DNA of 64,000 bases, from NCBI GenBank assembly GCA_958009085.1, contig OY253668.1:1054001-1118000 (forward strand), given 5' to 3'. This stretch comes from Protoeuglena noctilucae. Lineage: Eukaryota. The notes beneath the pieces are model-generated. The model had not been told where the DNA came from. It saw nothing but the letters and a program-made list of their open reading frames with translations, and did no database searches. Shown here piece after piece: positions 46,112 through 58,400 of this stretch (position 1 is its first letter; every line of letters starts with the position of its first letter). Made by a program: the position numbers and the translations under genes.

Positions 46112-49100
46112 ATGCTAGCGTGAGTGGATTGTATCGCTTGCATCGGCGCTGCCGAATCTGAGTTTCGCTGCTCAGATGCAGGACGCCCCGTCCCCAACGC
46201 GTCTCGCCTCCTCTCCGCAGCGTTGGTGCGCTGGTGACCCTTCTGCTGCTGATGCAAGGTAGGTTCGTCGAACTCACGCACTCCCATGGCGCTGGTAAGG
46301 CGCGGGTCCTGCCAGGGATGGCCGGCACGCACGGCGTCCGCGAGGCCATCCTTGATTATCACTTCCCCGACGGCGACAGCGACGGTGAGTCGCGGCATCA
46401 CGCTGTCTGACATGTCGCACGCGCGGCAGGGATGCCAACGACGCGAGTCTTCCACCGATGCAGTGGCGGGCCCCTTCCTGGGCAAGCACGTCGTCTCGCT
46501 GGGGTCCTTTCCCGGCCACGTGGGCGCGCTCGGCGTCGCGGTGCTTCCGGGAGAGGGCACCGGGATGGATTTGATGGCCGTATGGGCCGCGCCCGCCACG
46601 ACTGATGCTGCCGCTCCCATGCCCGTGCCCGCCTCGCGCCATCTCTCCGGCGACCAAGGCGATGACTTCTACCCCGCCTCCTCCGGCATCGTGCCCGTGC
46701 CCGCGGAGTCCCTGGAGGCGACGGTCCGCGGGGCCCCGGGGCCGATGCTCGTGGAGTTCTTCCACCCGCAATGCCCCCACTGCGTCGCCTTCCGCGATGA
46801 CTTCCAGAGCGTCGCGCGGGAGCTGCGGGGATCCGTGCGCGTCGCGTCCGTCGACTGCATGGCGGGCGGCCCCGCCTGCTTGGAGCAGGGCATTCGGTCC
46901 TTCCCGACCCTGCGGTTGTACCGCCTGACGGGTGGCGATGGCGGGGCTGTGCAGCACGACACCTTCGAGGGGGCGCGGCAGGTGGACGGCATCGTGACGT
47001 GGGTGCGGTCTTTGCAAGCCGCTGGAGAGGCCGAGGCAGATGTGCCGACCCCGCCACGCCCACCCGAGGCCACCGGCACCGACATGACTGGCACTGACGC
47101 GACCGCGGCAGGGACGCTCGCTGCAGAGACGAAGGCTCCCGAGGACAGCGCGCAGGCCCCGGCGACGGCCCAGGCCACCGAGGTGGCAGTCGTCCCTCTC
47201 GTGGACCCCACCGTCGCCTCCACTCCCACGGCAGGTGACAGGCCGGCGTCCTGACGCTGTTCCGTCGAGCCGCGCCGCTGGTCTGCTCTGAGGCCAGCAC
47301 CGCCCTCGCAGCTTGCTCCGTCAGAGTCTTAGCAGCGAGTGGCTGACCATCACAGGTGTGATGCTGAGCTGCGCACTGCTTTCTCTGCACGCAGCACCCG
47401 ATGGCCCGGAGAACTGCGGCATGGGGCGGTCTTCGTACGACGGCCCCACGTCGCTGTCGTGGGCGACTTACCGGGACGGGAGGTGGCTGGTGAAGGACGG
47501 CCCCGTGCCGGGTCTGGGGGAGGAGGGCGCAACGCTGCGGTCAGAGACGCCCGTCCTCTGCAGCAACGCGACGGCCGACGACCCCTTCGTCAGCATGATG
47601 TTTGCGGTCACGCGGGTGGGGCCCCAGGGACCCCAAGTCGTCGCCATCGCGGCGCAGGTGTACCACCCGGGGAGCAAGGCGAGCCACGCTGCGGTTGGAA
47701 TGCTTGCTGCTGAGGTTGCTCGCTGTTTGGGTTGCTCTTTGCTTGGGCCACTGGCTGCTTGGGTCGCTGGCTGTTTGGGTCGCTTGCTGCTTGGGTCGCT
47801 GGCTGCTTGGGCTGAGCTGGCAGGGCGGCGATGTGATGAGGTGTACAACTGAGCCGGTGGTGGTCGGCCATTGCAGACGTGGTCGCTTCCCAAAATCGCC
47901 TTCGGGTCGTTACGCCGCAAGGCCGAGGACATGGGTGTGCGCGTCAGCAGCTGCATGTGGGAGTTGAGCGACCGCATGGTGGCGTTTGGTGCGGCCACGC
48001 TGACACAGGGTGCGGTGTTGCGTCTGTGCCCTGCCAGGTGCCCGTTCAATTGCAGATGTGTTTCAAATACCCCCCCCCCTGCAGTGGGCAAGGTGGACGA
48101 CTGTATCACGTGCTACGACGAGGTCGCCCAGCCCAGCCCCACACCCTGCGATGCGGCAGAGGGGTGCGCTGGGTCGCCCACGCCAATGGCGACGAGTCGA
48201 CCGACCCCCGACACTTCCAAGATCGTCGTCAGCTACGCCCCCATCGCACGGGCCAAGCAAGACGGCGCGCGGGACGCCGAGGTGACGCCTGCACGACCAT
48301 CGTCCGCGCCCATTACCAGTGGTCATGGCTCGTAACCTGCCCGCCTCGACTGCTGCCGTCGGTGACAGAGCACTCCACACGTACCATCGAGCCTCTCTTC
48401 TCCTCAGACGATCGCGCGGGGCCTCAGTTTCCGTCGGGAGGCCGTGTATGTGGGAAAGGCCGCGGTGGAGAACCCCGTGACGATGCCTTACTCCGCGATG
48501 CTAGGGGGACACGGAGGGGGCGCGGGGCCGCTGTGGGCGTCGCTGCTGGCCAGCCGCGCCGAGGCGGGCAATGCGGACTTCAGCGCCCGGCCCGTCGAGG
48601 AGAGCGGGAGCTGCTTTACGTGGCTCTTCCGGCCGTCCCCGGACAGCAGCGGTGAGTATCTTGGCAGATGTAGTGACACTTGCTGCAATACCATCTACGT
48701 TGCTGCCTGCGCCACCGCTCGCCGCTCGTCGTCACCGCCACTCTTGTCCTATCTCAATGCAGAGGAGCCGGGTTCGGCCCAGGTGGACCTCGGCTGCCCC
48801 AGCCGCATCCTCGCTGGCCTGCTCACCAACCGCCACAACGTGATTGCCGCCTACCTGCACCCGCACAGGCGAGTCGCGTCCCACAGCCAGTGCATGTTTT
48901 GCATGCCACTCGTCGCTGCGTCGCTTCTAGCCAATGCTTATCTTCCGACTGGTACCGTGTTTGCCCCCGCAGGGCCCAGCAGGTTCACGTGGCGGCGCTG
49001 GACAGGGAGCGCGCCAACGCGGAGCACTGCAAGAAGGTCAGCGACCGGTGGTGCTACAACTGGCTGCGCACCAACAACCTGGCGCAACTGGAGGTGAGTC

Positions 49101-49650
49101 AACAGCGGTGCGATGCGCATGCGACTAGGTGAGAGTAGTGAGGTGGGTAACCAAAGCCATCTACCAACCACGCTACCACTTTGCCGTTCCCACGACCAAT
49201 CAGCCACACAATTAGTTCCTCTCCCTACTTGCAGGAACTGCAGAAGCGATTGGAGGAGGAGGCCAAGGTGGAGGGGCAGCAGTTTGCGGGGAACCAGGTG
49301 CTGGGCCTGGCGCTGGGGCGCGCGCTGAGCCGGTACGGGGTGCGGGACTGGGTGGAGGACGCGGTGGTGTTGGAGGAGTGGACGCAGGACAGCACGCCGC
49401 AGGTGGGCGGGGATGAAGGCGTGTCGGGGTGTCACGACTTGTCGCGACTCCCTGCGATCGACACGGCTGCGACGAGAGAGGCATTCGATGGTGGGAGCAA
49501 CAACGCCACGCTCTTCCCTCTCTGTGCTCGCAGTTGGGGCGGCCTGCGGTTGCGGTGGACACCGTCGGCGTTGTCCATGCCACGTACCTAGCCAGCGTGT
49601 ACGGTCGGTGGGAGCTGCGCCATGCAGTAGCCTACGACCCTCAGCTCTGA
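46112..49650 (+). CDS. Predicted secreted protein with one PDI-like thioredoxin domain (CPHC) and a long unrecognised C-terminal region; about 10 exons
   Basis: Hydrophobic N-terminal segment VGALVTLLLLMQG. Thioredoxin motifs MLVEFFHPQCPHC, VASVDC and GIRSFPTLRLY, followed by a Thr/Ala/Pro linker. Downstream exons join in phase (for example intron 48282-48407) through to AYDPQL*. Confidence 0.65.
47700..47815 (+). repeat. Intronic minisatellite, about 16-nt unit GCTGCTTGGGTCGCTG, about 5 degenerate copies
   Basis: ctggctgcttgggtcgctggctgtttgggtcgcttgctgcttgggtcgctggctgcttgggctg inside GC-AG intron 47679-47876. Confidence 0.75.
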
Positions 49651-50083
49651 GATACCTGTGCACCTAGGCAGTCTATGAGTTGCTGCGACGCTATGGGCGC
49701 CCTGCGGTTGTCAGCTGACTTGCTTGAAACGGATGTGGCTGTCCTGGCACGGAGCGCGATTGGAAGAAGCACCCATAGAGAAACGCCAGAGAGAGTCCGG
49801 GCAGTGGCGACATTCGCGAAGGTCTAATTATGGGGGGCAACGTCACAGGGCAGAGTCAGAGCAGAGTCGAACGGAGGGCTGCGCCAGGGATTGCAGCGCG
49901 CCAGGCCGCTATGCTGTGGGCAGGGACTCTCAAGAGCCCACGCTGACGACGGCACCGATGGACACAGAAAGCGCAGCGACAGACCCCGCGCGCACAACCC
50001 AAGAGGCGCCAGCATGCGGCGAGGACGCCCGACGCTACAAAATGCATATGGAAGTATTGTAGTGGACATATTCATTCATTCCG

Positions 50084-53000
50084 TCAACCAAGCAGGGAGC
50101 GCAGCTCGTGCACGTCAGGCCTCTCCCCGGGGCTCTCTCTGGCGCAGCGGGCGAGGAAGGAAGCGAGCGTGGGTCCCTGGTACCCAGGGTGCGCGCCCGC
50201 CACGGCGTTCAGGGCCGCGCTAAGCGCCCACATCTCCGCCGCCACGCTCCCACCCGCCTCGTCGACGGCGTCGAAAGGCCCAGCAAGGGAGTCCGGGAGC
50301 GATGAGACGTGCAAGCGACTCTGCGGTGCGGGGGCAGCGCCGCGGGGCCCGTGGGTCGCTGTTGCCATCTCGCGCGGTGGCACGGCGGGTGCCACGCCGG
50401 CCCCGACCAGGCACTCCAGAGAGGCGATGGCCTCGGGGGCCAGGCCGTCGACGCGGACGCCACCGAACGACACGAAGAGCTCGCATGCGGGCAGGGCAGA
50501 GCCCAAGGGGAGGAGGCGGACGGCGGCCACGGTGCCCGCCTGGGCGAAGGCACGGGGGTCTCCCTCCCAGGGCAGACCCTCGAAGCTGCGGTGCGAGGAC
50601 AGGGCGCACGTGCTGGCGGGGCCGGTCGGGGAGCCTGCGCCGTCACTGGGGCTCTTGCCCTGCGTTGATGTTTGAGGAATGGCCGGGTCGCCGCGGTCGG
50701 CGCTGTGCCGCGAGGTGGCGGGGGAGCGAGAGAGGGCGGGGGTGTCTGGGAATACCGCCACGCAGCTCAGGGGGCACGACGCGAGTGACGCGGCCACGTG
50801 GGGTGTCCCATGGGACCTGCAGGGTGGGAGAGGGAGAGCCAGTGAGTGCCAACTGGTCAGCAGGTAGGCAAGGTGAAGAGCGAGCTGTATATCAAAGCCA
50901 AGCGTTGCTTTCCCTCCAAACAGTGCGCATGCTCACGTGATGCGCGAGTGGTGGTAGAGGACCCGGTTGGCGAGCTGCACGGCCATGCTTTGCAGGAAAG
51001 CGTCCGAGGCGGCCGTGGAAGTCGACAGGACTGCCTCCGCCAGCTCTTCGACGGTGAAGGGCACCGCCTCGGTGACGAGCGCGACGCCCCTGACACCGCA
51101 TGCTGACAGCGGGCAGACGCCGTGGCAGCGGACCAAGCCAAGGTCACTGCGAGGGACAGCGAGATCTGCTCTTGCACCAGTCCAGACGGCTGGCACCCTC
51201 CCATGCCTCCAAAGCACCCTCCTGCATCCCTCGCTGCCTATCGCAGGCGCGGCGTGCATGCCGGCCCCACCTGTGGCTCTGCTCCGCGAGACGGGCGCAG
51301 GCGGCCAGGGCCGCGGCCTCCGCTGCCCGGAACTCCGCGGTCCGCGCGGCGCCGGAGATGCCGACCAGGGCGATCGACACGGGCTCCTGATCAATGTCGC
51401 GCCCGGGCCAGGTGAGTCGCCCGTCCAACAGCTGCGTGGCGACACAAGAGGGGCAGATGGTGGCACGGAGCGCAGTTGCGCGAAGAGCGGGTGAAAGCAA
51501 CCCCAGCTGGCCCAGCGCCTTACCAGGAATGCCCCGCACTCCCTCGGTGCCCGTCCGCTTGCAGAGACTTGAAGCGTGCCCCCAGGAATGCGCATGCCTG
51601 CAGAAAGAGGGAGAGAGATGCCCTGAGCGTGCTGTTCGGTCCAATCAGCGCTGTGCATACTTCGCCCGCCAGCCCCACAGACAGACAGCGACACTCACGC
51701 AGGACGAGTGACCGTGCGTCTGGGTCCAGCTGAGTCAGGTCCACGGCGTCCCACGCCGACTCTGGCGTCTCTGGCGAAGCCTTGGCCACCGGGCTGAGCA
51801 TATCGTTGCCTGCCCCTGCCTCCCTCAGCGCCATCTCGGCCATCCTAGGAGCATGGCAAGGGGCTTTACGCTCTTATCACCACCACGCTGCTACGAAGAG
51901 AATGCATTGGCACTACACGCAGGCATCCTCACCGGTCTTGCACGAACTTGAGGGCCATGAGGTTGGCGCGGAGGGACGCCAGCCGTCGCAGCGACGGCTG
52001 CCGCGACGGCCCCCGCAGCGCCTGGGCGGCAAACGCGTCGCGAGCGTCGTCGTCACGCATCGGCCACGCGCCCTTCTCGTCGTCCTCCGACTCTGTCAAG
52101 AGCGCGTGGCCAGACGGCAGGGCCGTCTCATACGCCTCGGCTCCCTGGTCGTCCCATCTCACGGCCTCGGACATGGACATGTGGAGGTCCTCAAAGACAG
52201 CGCCACGCAGCATCAACTGCTGCTGCGAGGCGGTCGCGCCGAGCCTCCCCCGGCTGATGCCCCTGCAGGCGCGGAGAACACACACGCGTGTGTGTGAAGC
52301 GTGCGCGCCATGGGTGCCCGCATGGCAGATCAAACGCCACCCTCGCCTGTGCACGGGCGCCCGGGCTGCGGCGGTGCCCGTCTCCGCACGCCCCGACACG
52401 CTGGCCACCAGCGGGGGCCTCGTGAACGCCTGGGCGGCATTGCCCGTGCCAGCCTCCGAGCTGCTGGGACCCATGGGCGCCTGCCTCGTGCCCGGCCGCG
52501 ACACCTCCTCCGCGTCGCCCGAGAGCGCAAGGCCCGTCAGCGCAGGCGCCACGGCGCCCAGCGAAGTGTCGGCCGATGCTTCGCTGTCCGACAGCTCCGG
52601 CACCCACCCCTGCCCCCGCTGCATGCCGCGAGACACGAAGAGAGTGAAGCCCCGGGTCCCGGCGGCCGCCAGGTAGCCCCGGCCGCTGCCGTCCTCCGAG
52701 CACCCCAGCTCCCGCACGCCACCCATGTCCCACGCGCCCTCCGCCGACCCACTCCACCCGCTCGACCCCGATCCCCGAGGCAGCGCCCCCTCGCCCTCCC
52801 CGCTCCCCTCCCGCGGCGCACCCTCGCCCGCGACCCGCCTGCGCTGCGACCGGTCCACCCCCTGCCCCGCCCCAGCCCCGCGCTCCAGCCGCCCCGCCTT
52901 GCGCGCCCCAGGAGGGGAGATCGTGTGCTCCGTCCCCGACCCGGCAGACGAGTCCACGCTCGGCCGGCTCGGCATGCTCGACAGCGCACCGCCGGACCGC

Positions 53001-55301
53001 CCCGGCCGGTCCACCACGACCCTCCAGCAGGGGGCGGGCGGCAGCCCCGCCGCCGTCTGCACGAGGCTGCGGTAGAAGGGCTGGGCGACGCGGGGCAGCG
53101 GGCGACGGAGTGCAGGTCGAGCGCGGGGAGGGGATACCCCGGGAGGCCACAGAACTCGTGGGTGGCGTCCCAGGCCCCGTCCGCTGGGGGATCCAGGAGG
53201 TCGGAGACGGTGGCGTCGGGGACGGGCTTGGGGCGCGCGGCGGCGTCGGGGGTCGCGGGGTCGGCGGGGCGCTGCGGGGCGACGGGCTCGCCCGGGGTGA
53301 GGCGGGAGGCGGCGGCGGAGGCGACGAGGTGCTGGTGGAGGGAGAGGAGCTCGAGGTGGAGGCGGTAGGCGTGGGGGCCGACGGCGCCGTTGTCGAGCTG
53401 GCGGGCTGCCTGGAATCGCGAGAGGAGGATGGCGCGGAGGGACGCCGCTGCCTCGGCTGCCGTGGGGCGGGCGTCCGGATGGAGCGAGAGGCACTGCCGG
53501 ATGAGGTCGCGCTGCGGGCACTGGGGAGGTTTCGGTTCAATGCCTGGCAACGCCTGCGAGTTGAGAGTCGCAGGGAGCGGGTCGGGCAGGCGAACGAGTA
53601 AGGGACGGGGTGAGACACGGATGTTCTCACCAGTTCCGGCGACCCTGCGTCCTCTGGCACTGCCGGGGCATACCCCTTGCGGAGCATGACTGCGATGGCC
53701 TGGCACCACTTGTGGTACGACCCCACGCGGCGGAGGGAGTGCCAGGGCACTTGCCCGGTGGCCATCTCCAGCAGACAGCACCCCAGGGCCCAGACGTCAG
53801 CCTTGGGACCGACGGGGGCAAGTCGGGACTTGGGGTCGATCTGCTCGATGGGCATGTACACGGGGGTGCCGGCGCCGGGGCTCACGACGTTGTCCGCGAA
53901 GTGCGCGTGCGACTCGGCGATCGCTATCATGGCCCCTGCGGCGAGGGCAGCGGCGCGGAAGATGCTTGCATCAAAGCGATGTGAGCGAAGCCGTCCGATG
54001 GACACGCACGGGTGCCTTGTAAGCGCGTCAGCAGCTCACCGAAGTCCGCGAGGACGGCGAAAGGGAACGAAGAGTAGTGGTTGAGGAGGAGGTTCTGGGG
54101 CTTGACGTCCCTGCGGTGCATGGGAAGCAACCATAAGCCGTAAGCAGCAACCAGCGGGCGTGCGACGTGCAGGCTTTCAATCGTGTCATTGGAGTGTTAA
54201 ATGCCAGTGTCGGTGCGCACCGGTGGACGTGGCCGTGGACGTCGTGGAGCTCCGCGAGGGCGAGGGCAAGGCCCACACCAATGGCGAGGGTCCACGTCTC
54301 GGGGATGCCCTCGAGTGGCCGGGGGAGGCGCTTCTGCGGGTGCGACCGGATCCAGGCAGATCAGCTGCACTCCCTCAGACATGCGGCTAGACAGATACGC
54401 TTGCGTATGCCACATATGCATATGGGCACTCGCCAGGAGGCCGCCGAGGGAGTCGGGGAGCAGCTCCATCACGATGGCCGGGTGCAGCGTTACGTCTCCG
54501 TTCGCGTCGACCTGCGAGGGGCGCAGGGGGCGAGCGTGACTCTCCATGCATGCGCCGTGGCTGTGGGGACCGCAGTTGGGTGCCATGCCCCACAAGCGCC
54601 TCACCTGGGGCAACAGACTCCAGCCGACCACCTCGCAGACCCGCTGCCCCGAGTCGGCGCGCCCCACGAGCAGGCTGACCTCGAACTCGCGCTGCAAGGC
54701 TTTGGCGGTGGCCTGGTTCCCCGACGGGCTTGCGAAGATTTTCACCGCGACGGGCACCTCTTCCAGCGTTTCCGACGCTGTGCTGGGAATTGTAGAGACG
54801 AGACACTCCGGCGGGACGCGTCGCCATGTGGCTCTTCACACAGCTTGACTCAGACCGCCCAGGCCAATGAGTTCGCCCAGGGTTATGGAGCTGGGCTCGA
54901 TGAACGCCTCCATCTCAGAGTCGGTGGGGTTGAAGCCGAGTATCTCTGCAATGAGAGTGAATGTGCGAGCTGAAGCGAGCGTCGCATGCGTTGCCAAGCA
55001 GGAACGCACTTGACACATCTCCCGCAGCCTCTGCACCCTAGCCGAGCAGCTCAGAGCCCGCGAGACCAACCGCACCTGTCAGCCTCTCGTCCTCTGCAGA
55101 GGAGCGGGCCGAATGCACGGCCCCGCGGGCGTGGTGACGATCAACAGGCATGGTGCGCAGAGTTGTGTCCGTCCCACGCGTGCCGACGTGCGCGAGAAGC
55201 CCCGCGGGAGGTGGTGCGTCTCTCGCATGGTCTTGAACTCCGCGGACAGACGTACCCGGGACCGCCGTCCCGGCATTGCGGGACTGGTTTGGCGCGTCCA
55301 T
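50084..55301 (-). CDS. Ser/Thr (TKL/MAP3K-like) kinase fused through a long linker to a C-terminal pseudokinase; multi-exon, one apparent frame break near 53100
   Basis: Kinase 1: IGLGGLS, VAVK, REFE, IVMEL, HRDVKPQN, LADFG, GTPVYMPIE, ADVWALG and CLSLHPDARP. Intron 51932-51845 joins ...FVQDR to MAEMAL in frame. Second domain: VGLAGEV, LVRCHGVC, LVTE, AVQLANRVLYHH, LAPE, AEMWAL and CARESPGERP. Confidence 0.75.
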
Positions 55302-55460
55302 CCGCGGGGCGACAAGGTTAGCGCGCAATCGCCTCTGCCCGCGTTTACCGACCGCCCTCCCCGCGGTCTATAAGCGGACTTGTCGTGACGCATTCGGTTC
55401 GCTGTGGTTTGAATTTGTTTTTGCCAGCAAACGCTGTCAGACTACTGCCTGCGCTCGTCC

Positions 55461-58400
55461 CTACAGCCGCTGGCCTAGCAAGGACTCGGGCGACAGCGCC
55501 TGGGAGATGCTGCGGCTCATGCGCCACGTGATTTGCCTGCGGGTGAGGGTCCCAGCGTTTGGTGAAGTCGCCTTGCTTTGGCCTGGCCACAGAGCTGCGT
55601 TTGTGCTGGGAGAGGCCGCCAGCGCCACACGCACCACAAGTCGCGTCCGCTGGCGTCACGCCATCCTGGCTTCAGGATCCCCTTGGACGACAGCACCAGC
55701 AGGAGGTTGCGCAGGATGTCGGGCACGGCACCTGTGGACAGTCGACGGATATCGACTCAGTCAGTCACTGCCACAAGAGCAAAACCAGCACGGTCAGCCA
55801 CTGATACGGATGCAAAGCCAGCACGGTCCGTTGCCACCACCTCCACCATCACCGCCACCACGTCGGCATTGCCCATTGCCCATCGTCTGTCCCTCACCGG
55901 CCAGTTCCGCAGAGTCGAGGGACATGCACGACTCCAGGACCGTCAGGGCCTGCTGCCAGACCTGCGCCACGTCCACGTCCTGCAGGATGGCGCGGGACAT
56001 GGCGCCCAGGCCCAGCACGAGCGTCTTGTCGCCCTCCGGGAAGGCCGGGCGCCCCACCAGGCCCAGGAGCTTCTCTAAGAGGGGCACGATGCCCGACTCG
56101 CCGGACAGGGCCTCCGCCCACAGGGCGCGGCCCAGCGGGAGACCCTCGGAGCGGGTCAGGAAGCGCTGCAGCGAGGAGAGCGCCGCGTTGCGCACCGCCG
56201 CGTGCGGGGCAATGCCCATCCGCACGCACGTCGCCACGTACACGCGCCAGGCGCCCCTGCGTGCGTGCCATGGGGTGGAATCGCTCTCACATTGCGCGGC
56301 ACGCCCTGTCCAGCCCAACGCCTCGCCCCAGGGCCCACCGCTGCCGCCCCGCCTAGCGCCCCGCACCTGAGCAGGTCTGCGCGCTGCTGCTGCGTCATGC
56401 CCGGGTACCCCTCCCCGATCTCCGCGTGTTGCCTCCCCGACGCACAGAGCCACGTCCCCGCGTCCTCCAGCACTACCAGGATGTGCTTGGCGCTCCCCAG
56501 CTGCCCCTGCTCCTCCCTCGCCTCGAATGCCTTGACGAGGAGCGAAATGAGGTACTCGAAGTTCGCCAGGGTGACGGTCGGGGGCTGGGCCTTGAATGCC
56601 GTGACGAGGATGTCCAGCACGACCGGGGAGGCCTGGGCGTGGAGGCAGCACATGCTGAGGATGTGCGTGAGGGGCTTCCAGGCCTGGGGCTGCATGATGC
56701 GCGCGGCGTTGAACAGCAGGAGGCGCCTGCGGGCGAGGGCGAGCGCCGGGGGTGAGTGAGGGCGTGTCGCTGTGCCTGGCGAGGCGACGAGGCGCTCTAG
56801 GTAACCACAGCTGGCGGGGCAGTGCAATCGGAAGCGCAACCAGTGAGGCCGGAAACCTCCCGCGCACCTGAGCTCGTCTGCCAGGAACACGGCCAGCTCC
56901 CACATGACGGAGGTGTCGGTGCGGACGATGAGCTGCAGCGTAGACTGCACGCACGCCTCGAAGCCGGAAGGTTCGTGGGACACGCGGCGGCACAGAAGCA
57001 TCTGCGAAGGGAGACGAGAGGGGAGTTAAGGTGATGAGAGATGACGACCATTGTGTCCCACGCCACCCCCACCCTCGGTACCGTCATTGCGAGGTCTCAT
57101 CTCTGGCACTCGAGCAACTCACCACGGCGTGCACGGCGCGCTGCACCAGCCCCACGACGCTCTCCCGGGACGCGAGGAGCTTGGCGAGGGGCGCCCCGGC
57201 GGGCAGGATGCTCTGCAGGGCGGACTTGAGCGAGGGCCAGAGCACGGCGACGCGGTCCTTGTTGCGGATGGCCACGCCTGCGACCAGGTTGAGGCCCATG
57301 ATGAGGTGGTTGAGGCGCGCCTGCTCGCTGAGGCCGTGGAACCGCTGCCGCGTCTCTGACAGCGTGGCCGTGTCGAGCCCCGTGGCCGACATGAGCGCCT
57401 CCACGAACGCCACCAGCGACTCCTCGGCGTAATACTTGGAGTCGGACCACAGGTCGCCGATGCGGCACTGCGCGACGGCCTCCCGCGCCGCCGCCACCTT
57501 CTCCTCCTCCCCGGGGGTCCGGGGCTTCTCCTCTTTCTTGGCCTGCGAGCGACAACCAAAGCACGGCATGCGTGGGCGAGCATCAAAGCACAGGTGCCCA
57601 ACCGGCGGCGCAAGATGCATGACCGGGCTCAGCAAGCAAAGCCATCCCAGTGCCCATCCACTCACCGTCCCCCACAGCCAGTCCATCATGGTCCCCTGTC
57701 GCTGCGGCTGCCCCGTGTCCCGGTCCCCATCGCCCGGCCCCGGGAGGGGCGCAGCGGTCCCTGCCTCATCGCCATTCTCCAGGTCATTGGCGCGCTCTTC
57801 CTTCTCCATCAGCTGCGGCGACGACAGCGCTGGTGCAAGTGTCGATCCGAATCACACCAATCGCTCTCTGTGCCAGGGCCATGCCAAGGACCAACCGCTG
57901 GCGCAGCGTCCACTGCCACCAGCCAGTTCCAGTGCTCTCAGCTCGACCCCCGTCTCTCTCTGACACATGTTTCTTGTCACCCAAACCCCTCTCTCTCATC
58001 CCTCACCTCTTTCATGTCCTTGTCCAGCTCGACCAGCCCGATCTGCCACAGCCGCACCACCAGGTCCACCACCTGTCGCCAGGCAGAGGACAGGTGTTCC
58101 TGGTACTTGTGCACGGCGTCGAAGATGAACTGGATCACCACTTGCAGGCCCACGTCGCGGCCGAGCTCCACCAGCACATCCTTGGTCCCCGCGTTGAGGG
58201 ACTGGGTCATGCGGCACTGCGAAAGGGGACACAGGGGGAGCTGCCTTGGACAATGCATAGGGGCTGCTATGGTTGCAGGCGGCGAGTCGCGGGCATGCTG
58301 CGTGTGAGAGAGCCGCGCTGGTGCTCCCCAGAGCCAGGGCAGGCCGCGTGCACACACTGATGACATCGATACCAGCACAGCACTCGTTTCACATGCCGTG

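Noticed and set aside
15345..48972. Possibility that the GCGAG introns form an Introner (transposon-derived intron) family
   Set aside because: Beyond the first five bases these introns share no visible sequence similarity, common length or terminal inverted repeats.
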